13,353 nucleotides of DNA from Candidatus Krumholzibacteriia bacterium (GTDB taxonomy: Bacteria > Krumholzibacteriota > Krumholzibacteriia > WVZY01). The notes under the pieces are model-generated. The model was given only the letters and a program-made list of their open reading frames with translations. It made no database searches and was not told the origin of the DNA. Shown in pieces: positions 7,801 to 13,353 of this stretch; within the stretch, counting starts at the first letter, position 1; each line of letters opens with the position of its first letter. The position numbers and the translations under genes were made by a program. The stretch lies in assembly GCA_046754105.1 (NCBI GenBank), contig JBHHVD010000083.1, forward strand, positions 1-13,353, read 5' to 3'.

Positions 7801-8146
7801 CGGCAACGAGAGCCCTCCGGCGTCGCCGGCGACGGCGACGGCGATAAGGGAAACGCAGGTGCCGCACGCGTTCGCGCTCTACCAGAACGCCCCCAATCCG
7901 TTCAATCCGACGACAGAGATTCGTTACGACGTGCCGGCCGCTGGGGGACGCGTGACGCTGCGAATCTACGACGCCGCCGGGCGGCTCGTACGCACGCTCG
8001 TGGACGCCGCGCAGGCGGCGGGCGAGAAACGCGCCGCGTGGGACGGCCGCAACAACTGGGGACACCGCGTGGCGACAGGCGTCTATTTCTACCGGATGAC
8101 GGCGCCCGGTTTCAGCAACACACGCAAGATGGTGCTGCTGCAGTAG
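4874..8146 (+). CDS. secreted LVIVD-repeat beta-propeller protein with FN3-like domain and FlgD-Ig/T9SS-like C-terminal domain, 1090 aa
   Basis: GGGGGA precedes the ATG. Signal peptide MKKQ...GAGSAAA; 14 repeats of type GxYxTPGxAxxVxxxGDYAYVADGxxGLQVIDIxDPxxP; FN3-like segment PAAPQG...LTWNASADPDFQYFRIYR...YYKLTAVDASGNES; tail ALYQNAPNPFNPTTEIRY...WDGRN...ATGVYFYRM...RKMVLLQ. Confidence 0.92.
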   Translation: MKKQSYGICVLGFAMLLGAGSAAATTNRYVEDFTSTQYEDTLNTTALWDTVAGELALPPFRIGTVGGYARPGFSFDVALAGDYAYVVNGSLGLQVFDITDPTAPTLAGTYPTPGVPQAITIAGDYAFLADGNRGLRIVDITDPTNPTFKGTFDTLGSSLGVAVAGDYVFLADGGWGLQVFDISNPALPTVAGNQRTPSSAYYSVALSGNYAYVAGWLEGMHVIDITDPTNPTAVGNYNTPDMAYDVVVAGDYAYVADGHSGLQVIDIRNPTNPVLAGSLNTTGSAYGIRITGDYAYVADSESGVHAIDISDPTAPVLVASYDTPASALGLATAGQYAFVTDGVGGLVVLEISRPRSAVLAGSYDTSGGAWDVVLAGDHAYVADGGGGVQVIDITEPSAPFRAGGYNTSGFAYGVAVDGNYAFVADQIPGVRVIDVSNPALPTPVGSYDTPGRARELTIAGDYAYVADEDSGLQVIDISDPAAPTYVSSYDTSPFSALSVAQHGDYMFVVNSVVDVSNPAMPTLAGTFFGGTNYDFVSHGDFMFVANGAFSVLDITDPANPTSLGGYSTPGTALQIAPVGDRAFVADVTGGIQVMDITDPANPALVESYPTPGQANGVAVDGDYAFIADGTSGLHAVQVFQREFETGSEVGQSLAVDGANDTILRARLATTQQDTVTWALSADGGLGWLSVHPGGGWHRFTDKGTDLVWRSTHHLGQPGVNPAASRVDLEWLYEFVVIDSIVDVPNDQGGWARLYFTRSGYDFPDETSIPILSYNVHRRVDNAALVSEIHAGGEPVRQDRTLDSGEGLFVPAAERVVQWKGRYYLVGDGANGTSPPGVWEIVATVAARQQDTYVALLPTLADSSATLTYTAFFVAAHTTTPSIFFDSPPDSGYSVDNIVPAAPQGFSVAYNTGSGNQLTWNASADPDFQYFRIYRDTYPGFTPSVATLVHSTVGIGWFDPFFDGWNVYYKLTAVDASGNESPPASPATATAIRETQVPHAFALYQNAPNPFNPTTEIRYDVPAAGGRVTLRIYDAAGRLVRTLVDAAQAAGEKRAAWDGRNNWGHRVATGVYFYRMTAPGFSNTRKMVLLQ
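5060..6790 (+). repeat. 14 degenerate LVIVD coding repeats of about 126 bp (about 42 aa)
   Basis: Counted manually in the translation; recurrent DNA core like ggNgactacgcNtacgtNgccga. Repeats 11 and 12 are shortened. Confidence 0.9.
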
Positions 8147-8148
8147 CC

Positions 8149-8184
8149 GGGCGGCGAGCGGACGGCTCCGCGGTGACCCCGCCC
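8149..8184 (+). other. GC-rich stem-loop after the LVIVD gene (no U-tract)
   Basis: GGGCGG(8149-8154)/CCGCCC(8179-8184) encloses GCGGA-cggc-TCCGC (8158-8171). Confidence 0.35.
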
Positions 8185-8287
8185 GCGTCAGGCATAAACG
8201 GCACGCAGTGCAAAGGTTCCTGGACCGCGGGCGCAAGGGCCCGCACCATACCAGCCAACGGTACGAAGTCAAAGGAGTATCACGCTG

Positions 8288-11011
8288 ATGCGCATCCATC
8301 GAGCTGTCTTCACGCGCCAAAGAGTATGGTCCGGGCTCCTGGTATTCCTGGCCTGGACGATTGCAGCGCTCTCCTCGCCCCTCGCCCAGGAGAAAGCACC
8401 GCGTGAATTCAGGCGCGAGCTCGCGGAAAACAAGGCAGAGAGGCTCGCGACGATGTACTTCGCCGAAGCGGCGCAGACGCCAAACCAGCTATCGTACGAC
8501 GTCCGCTATTACAACCTCGACCTTGATATCGACCCGGTCACGCAGACGGTGTCCGGCGCCGTCACCATGACGGCGGAGGTCACGTCGGATTCGTTGACGG
8601 TGGCGGACATGGATCTCCTCGCCAACATGACGGTGACCGGAGCCGGCTGGACCGGCGGTCCGTTGGGCTTCGTTCGCGCGGGCGACATCGTCACCGTGAC
8701 ATTGCCCGGGACGTACTACCTGGGCGAAACGTTCACGATCGACGTGGCCTACAATGGGACTCCAAGCGCCTCCTACGGGGCCTTTGGTTTCGACACCCAC
8801 GCCGGTAACCCGATGATATGGAGCCTCAGCGAGCCGTTCGGCGCGCGCACGTGGTGGCCGTGCAAGGACGTCCCCTCGGACAAGGCGGATTCGGTCGATA
8901 TCTCGATCACGGTTCCGAACACGCTCGTCGTGGCGTCGAATGGCACGCTCGTCAGCGAGACGGACAACGGAACCACGAGGACCTACCAATGGCACGAGGG
9001 ATACCCGATCGCTACCTACCTGGTTTCGGTCGCCATTCACCCCTACACCACGTTCTCACATTGGTACCACCACTCGCCGACAGACTCGATGGAGGTCAAG
9101 TACTACGTTTTCCCCGACCACTTCAGCATCGTCCAGCCGACGTACGGGCTGACGGTCGGCATGATCGAGCTCTTCGCCAACATCTTCGGCGAATACCCTT
9201 TTCTCGATGAGAAATACGGCCATGCCGAATTCGTATGGGGAGGCGGCATGGAACACCAGACGCTAACGAGTCTCGGCGGTTGGAGCGAGTATCTCATCGT
9301 CCACGAGCTGGCCCATCAGTGGTGGGGCGACATGGTGACGTGCGACGAGTTCCATCACATCTGGCTGAACGAGGGGTTCGCGACGTACTCGGAGGCGCTG
9401 TGGTCGGAGGCCACGTACGGCACGGCGCAGTACCACCAGGACATGGACCTGGCGAAATACTTCGGCTCCGGCACCATATACGTCCCGGATACGAGCAACT
9501 GGGGCCGTGTGTTTCACTCGGGTCTGTCGTACAACAAGGCATCGTGGGTTTTGCACATGCTGCGCCACGTGGTCGGTGATTCCACGTTTTCTCAAACGCT
9601 CCAGACGTACTACGGAGACCCGCGTTACCAGTACGGTACCGCGACCACGGAACAATTCAGGGACCTGTGCGAGGCCGTATCCGGCATGGACCTCGACTGG
9701 TTTTTTCACGAGTGGATATACGAAGAATACTATCCGACCTACGCCTACAACTGGAGTTGGGCTCCGAACGGAGGCGCGTACGATATCGGTCTGGACATCG
9801 ACCAGTTGCAGACGAATTTCATCTTCAAGATGCCGGTTGACGTCACCGTCCAGACCGTATCCGGCGAGACGACGCTCGCCGTGTGGGACAGCCTGGCCGC
9901 CCAGAGTTTCACATTGACGGTGGCGGAGCAGCCGCTCGCCGTCAGTCTGGACCCGGAGGAATGGATACTGAGAAGCGTGGAAGAGCCCGTCACGAACCCG
10001 TCGTTCGATCGGGGCATTCTTGTCGTGAACGGGGTGGATTTCAACGTCTATGGTTCCGAGATCTGGACCGCGTACGGGGACAGTGTATTCTGGGGCAGCC
10101 AGGATATCAGCTTCTGGGACTGTTTCGACGAGACAGGGCTGGGCTACCCGGCGAACCTGCCGCCGGCGCTCGGCCACGGGCCGGTGCCTCCCGACACGAT
10201 CAAGCAGTTTTCGACGGTGGTTTGGGTCGGCAACCACTACAACGGCGACCTCAGCCGCTGGCACGGCACCCCGATTTATTCCTATCTTGCCGTCGGCGGC
10301 AACGTGCTTCTCATGACCCGCAAGGGCCAGGACTTCCTGAGCGAGCCGCTGCGCGAGTACCTGGGAATCACGTGGAGGGAAAACGCCGACAACGTGCTCA
10401 ACAGCTGGGTGGCGGCCTACCCCGGCCTCGTCAACATGAGCCGTATCGGAACGCAGAACCTGTGCGCCGTTTTCGACACCGCCCTGGTAAACACGGAAAG
10501 CACCCTTCTTCTCGAGGAGACTACATCGTTCTCCACACATCGCGGACTCGGGGTCTGGCGCAAACCCGCCGGCGGCGGTACCCACCGGTCGGACGGCGGC
10601 CAGTTCGTTTTCATAAGCGGGCGCCCGTACCGCCTCAACCATGCTAACCTGCGCGACAACGTCGAGTTCATTCTGAGCGCGTTCTTCCAGGAACCCTTCA
10701 TACCGACCGCTATCGCGGCGGGCGCGGTGCCCAAACCGCTCCGACTGGCGCAGAACTTCCCGAACCCGTTCAACCCCGTGACGACGATACGGTTCTCCGT
10801 GCCGGCGAAATCCCGGGTGACACTCCGCGTCTACGACGTCGCCGGCCGCCTGGTAGAGACCCTGCTATCGGGGGAGGTCACGGCCGGCGCCCACACGGTC
10901 ACGTGGGACGGGAGCAATCGCAACGGGCAAGCGGTCGCCTCGGGAGTGTACTTCTACCGGCTCTCGGCTCCAGGCCGCAAGCTGACGCGAAAGATGGTCT
11001 TGCTGCAATAG
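8288..11011 (+). CDS. secreted M1-family Zn aminopeptidase with an additional alpha/beta domain and FlgD-Ig/T9SS-like C-terminal domain, 907 aa
   Basis: AAGGAG SD; signal peptide ending SSPLA-Q; ARTWWPCKDVPSDKA; exopeptidase motif GGMEH; HELAH-x18-E (HELAHQWWGDMVT...WLNEGFATY); YNKASWVLHMLR; tail LAQNFPNPFNP...ASGVYFYRL...RKMVLLQ. Confidence 0.95.
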   Translation: MRIHRAVFTRQRVWSGLLVFLAWTIAALSSPLAQEKAPREFRRELAENKAERLATMYFAEAAQTPNQLSYDVRYYNLDLDIDPVTQTVSGAVTMTAEVTSDSLTVADMDLLANMTVTGAGWTGGPLGFVRAGDIVTVTLPGTYYLGETFTIDVAYNGTPSASYGAFGFDTHAGNPMIWSLSEPFGARTWWPCKDVPSDKADSVDISITVPNTLVVASNGTLVSETDNGTTRTYQWHEGYPIATYLVSVAIHPYTTFSHWYHHSPTDSMEVKYYVFPDHFSIVQPTYGLTVGMIELFANIFGEYPFLDEKYGHAEFVWGGGMEHQTLTSLGGWSEYLIVHELAHQWWGDMVTCDEFHHIWLNEGFATYSEALWSEATYGTAQYHQDMDLAKYFGSGTIYVPDTSNWGRVFHSGLSYNKASWVLHMLRHVVGDSTFSQTLQTYYGDPRYQYGTATTEQFRDLCEAVSGMDLDWFFHEWIYEEYYPTYAYNWSWAPNGGAYDIGLDIDQLQTNFIFKMPVDVTVQTVSGETTLAVWDSLAAQSFTLTVAEQPLAVSLDPEEWILRSVEEPVTNPSFDRGILVVNGVDFNVYGSEIWTAYGDSVFWGSQDISFWDCFDETGLGYPANLPPALGHGPVPPDTIKQFSTVVWVGNHYNGDLSRWHGTPIYSYLAVGGNVLLMTRKGQDFLSEPLREYLGITWRENADNVLNSWVAAYPGLVNMSRIGTQNLCAVFDTALVNTESTLLLEETTSFSTHRGLGVWRKPAGGGTHRSDGGQFVFISGRPYRLNHANLRDNVEFILSAFFQEPFIPTAIAAGAVPKPLRLAQNFPNPFNPVTTIRFSVPAKSRVTLRVYDVAGRLVETLLSGEVTAGAHTVTWDGSNRNGQAVASGVYFYRLSAPGRKLTRKMVLLQ

Positions 11012-11055
11012 GCGAGCGCGCACCCCGTCCCGGGTCGCGGTGAAGCTCCCATCCG

Positions 11056-11064
11056 TGGTATACT
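11056..11064 (+). promoter_or_regulatory. extended -10 element (TGgTATACT) for the sulfatase-like gene
   Basis: TGn plus TATACT in the 69-bp intergenic gap. Confidence 0.6.
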
Positions 11065-11080
11065 CGGCACTTCAAAAGTC

Positions 11081-13108
11081 ATGCCGTTGGGCGGTTTCCC
11101 AGAACCGCCGGGCTACGCCACAGCGGCTAGCCCGCACAGCACCCTGACCCGGGAGAACCACGCGTTGAGACGAACTCTTCTCGGCGGCGCCTTTGCCGGC
11201 AGCATGGTGGCCGGCTTTGCGGCCGCGATGGAAGCTGCCTACCTGATGTCGCAACACGGCCTCATCTTCGGCGTGGTCGATGAGGGGTTTATGTTGCTCG
11301 GAAGCTTTCTGTCCTATGTAGCGATCGGGACGATTCTGGGCGCGTTCGTGGCACTCTTCGTGCACCTGGCGGGCCGCGCCGCACCGCGCTGGTTCCGCAG
11401 CAAGGATCTTGCCGTCGACACGGGTGTCCTCGTCGTTGCGGCTCTTCTCGCCGCGGGATACACGACGCACCTAAAACAACGAGTCCTGACGGACCGGATC
11501 GGCCTTCTGGATCCGCTTGGTCTTCTCATTCTGCTCGGAGTGGTAGTGGGTGCGGGCATCGCCTTTGTGATCCTTCGCTGGCCGTTGATAAAGCTCTTGG
11601 GGGCACTTCGTCGAAGGGGAATTCGTGGGCGGAGAGTGGCGGGAGCGGCGGGACTCTTTTTGGCCCTGGGACTCGTTGCTCTGACGGTGGCACAGCACCT
11701 TCGCACCGCCGCCGGCAGGGTCATCCCGCCGCGCGGTGGCGTGGCGGCGGTCTCACCCACGAGAGAGATGCCGAACGTCGTGCTCATCACGCTCGACACG
11801 GTCCGCGCGAAAAGTCTCGGACTCTACGGCTACGAACGGGAGACGGCGCCGCGTCTGACAGAGCTGGCGCGCTCGGCGGTCGTTTACGAAAAGGCCGCCA
11901 CGCACGCGGCGTGGACGCTGCCGTCGCACGAGGTACTCTTCACCGGACGGTATCCATCCGAGCTTTCCGCCGATTGGGGCACGGGGAGGTTGAGTTCGAG
12001 CGCCATCACGCTGGCGGAAGTATTGAAGGCCGCCGGTTACAGCACCGGAGCGGTGGTTGCCGGCCCGTACTGTTCTAGCGTTCACGGCCTGGCCCAGGGG
12101 TTCGACTACTACGAGGACAACCTTCCCGTCGGCACTCCATTTCTGACCCAGATCGTAAACCGGCTCGCCGCGGATTTCTTCTCCTCGGTGGGGAAGAGAC
12201 GCGCGGGTCAGAACAACGAATTCGTGTTTCGGTGGCTGGACGAAAACTACAAGCGGCCGTTCTTCATGTTCATCAATTACTTCGATGCGCACAGTACGCT
12301 CAACCCGATTTTGCGTTTCAGCAAGGCCTTCGAGGGTGCTTTCGGTCCCATCCGCAGGTTCCTTTTGAGCCAGAGAGTAATGGAAGCGGGGGTGCTCGAA
12401 GGCCGGCGCCCGCTGAGTCAAAGGGAGCGCGATCATTGGCTCGCGCTTTACGATTGCGAAATCCTCTCGCTCGACTACGAACTGGACCGCTTGGTCTCCC
12501 GGCTAAAGGATCTCGGGGTGTATGAGAACACCATTCTGGTGATCACCTCCGACCACGGCCACTCGTTTGGAGAGCATGACCTGGCCGGCCACGGCGGCTG
12601 GCTTTTCGGCGAAGTTGCCGATGTCCCACTCATCATCCGTTACCCGAACGGCCGGGACGGCGGCCGGCGAGTCGTGCGACGCACGGGGCTCGTGGAGTTG
12701 TATTCGAAAATCCTCGGCGAGATCGGCGTCCCGCTCCCGGAAACGGCGCACCCGGCGGAGACGTTCGACAACGGCGTCGTCGTGCTGGAGAACAGCCGCG
12801 TCAACCGTCTGTCGAGCTACGAGTACAAGTATGCCGGCAGGGATGTACGGGTCGCGTACCAGGGGGAGTACAAGATGGTGGATATCGACGGCGTGCCCGC
12901 GGAGCTCTACAACCTCGAGGCGGATCCCGGTGAGCTCGTCAATTTGATTGATGCCGAGCCCGGCCGGGCGCGCCTGCTCGCGGACGCTCTCGCCCACGCC
13001 GTGGGTGGCATGCTGGAGCCCATGCTGGCGGAAGACCGCGACGAAGAAAACGACGAGCAGGCTCAGAAACTCATCAAGCAATTGCGGGCCGTGGGATACA
13101 TACGATAG
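11081..13108 (+). CDS. membrane-anchored sulfatase-like hydrolase/transferase (AlkP superfamily, Thr at nucleophile position)
   Basis: About 5 N-terminal TM helices; PNVVLITLDTVRA, AAWTLPSH..LFTGRYP, PFFMFINYFDAH, LYDCEI...D, NTILVITSDHG..FGEH...GHG, ELYNLEADPGELVNL; C-terminal LRAVGYIR. An in-frame TTG at 11165 has a better SD (GGGAG, 11151-11155) and may be the true start. Confidence 0.9.
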   Translation: MPLGGFPEPPGYATAASPHSTLTRENHALRRTLLGGAFAGSMVAGFAAAMEAAYLMSQHGLIFGVVDEGFMLLGSFLSYVAIGTILGAFVALFVHLAGRAAPRWFRSKDLAVDTGVLVVAALLAAGYTTHLKQRVLTDRIGLLDPLGLLILLGVVVGAGIAFVILRWPLIKLLGALRRRGIRGRRVAGAAGLFLALGLVALTVAQHLRTAAGRVIPPRGGVAAVSPTREMPNVVLITLDTVRAKSLGLYGYERETAPRLTELARSAVVYEKAATHAAWTLPSHEVLFTGRYPSELSADWGTGRLSSSAITLAEVLKAAGYSTGAVVAGPYCSSVHGLAQGFDYYEDNLPVGTPFLTQIVNRLAADFFSSVGKRRAGQNNEFVFRWLDENYKRPFFMFINYFDAHSTLNPILRFSKAFEGAFGPIRRFLLSQRVMEAGVLEGRRPLSQRERDHWLALYDCEILSLDYELDRLVSRLKDLGVYENTILVITSDHGHSFGEHDLAGHGGWLFGEVADVPLIIRYPNGRDGGRRVVRRTGLVELYSKILGEIGVPLPETAHPAETFDNGVVVLENSRVNRLSSYEYKYAGRDVRVAYQGEYKMVDIDGVPAELYNLEADPGELVNLIDAEPGRARLLADALAHAVGGMLEPMLAEDRDEENDEQAQKLIKQLRAVGYIR

Positions 13109-13135
13109 GACGCGCGTCCGTACGCCCCGGAAATC

Positions 13136-13353
13136 TCAACGGCCGGTTCCGGCGGGGCTCACGTCCGGGCCGGTCCACTGCAGGTAGCCGCCGAACCGGG
13201 TCCGCTCGATGCGGATCACACCGCCGCCTTGCCGCAGCACCCCGTAGAGCGGCACGGCAGCCGCCTCACAAAACGATTCGAGACGAAGCAGCTCCGCTTC
13301 GACGGCCGTGCGGCTCGTCGTCGTGTGGTTGTCCAGGCGGTAGATCTCGGGCG
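13136..13353 (-). CDS. 3' end of a hypothetical protein entering from the right edge
   Basis: Open minus frame ...PEIYRLDNHTTTSRTAVEAELLRLESFCEAAAVPLYGVLRQGGGVIRIERTRFGGYLQWTGPDVSPAGTGR ending TGA at 13138-13136; GC-rich third positions; converges on the sulfatase gene with a 27-bp gap. Family not recognised. Confidence 0.6.
   Translation of the reverse strand, partial: PEIYRLDNHTTTSRTAVEAELLRLESFCEAAAVPLYGVLRQGGGVIRIERTRFGGYLQWTGPDVSPAGTGR

Noticed and set aside
5342..10642. Long minus-strand ORFs (5342-6487, 6827-8320, 9263-10642) and similar ones at 1024-1653, 4071-4763, 11753-12436, 12503-13081
   Set aside because: Antisense frames left open by high-GC codon bias; R/V/G/H-rich with no motifs, overlapping well-supported genes.
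13108..13119. Palindrome GGACGCGCGTCC between convergent genes
   Set aside because: Gives only a 4-bp stem once a loop is allowed, with no U or A tracts; plausible by chance at this GC content.

Overview
GC-rich bacterial chromosomal segment from a diderm organism. It most resembles FCB-group candidate lineages such as Krumholzibacteriota, Latescibacterota or Eisenbacteria; this is inferred from two secreted proteins with 'QNxPNPFNP...GVYFYR...RKMVLLQ' FlgD-Ig/T9SS-like tails. Gene order: a minus-strand dCMP-deaminase-type gene running off the left edge (absent from the ORF track), a small outer-membrane beta-barrel, a tandem-ACT protein, a Cys-containing lipoprotein (minus), a membrane-anchored arylsulfotransferase-family protein, a 1090-aa secreted protein with 14 LVIVD repeats, a secreted M1 Zn-aminopeptidase with an extra domain, a membrane-anchored sulfatase-like protein with Thr (WTLPSH) in place of the formylglycine motif, and the 3' end of an unknown minus-strand gene. 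I saw no RNA gene, CRISPR array or mobile element. Best candidate for an undescribed system (inference only): a membrane-tethered, PAPS-independent sulfate-transfer/envelope-modification pair flanking two tail-sorted secreted proteins. Also notable are an unassigned 'DVPNDQGG...SVDN' domain and a dense regulatory site at 4704-4757.
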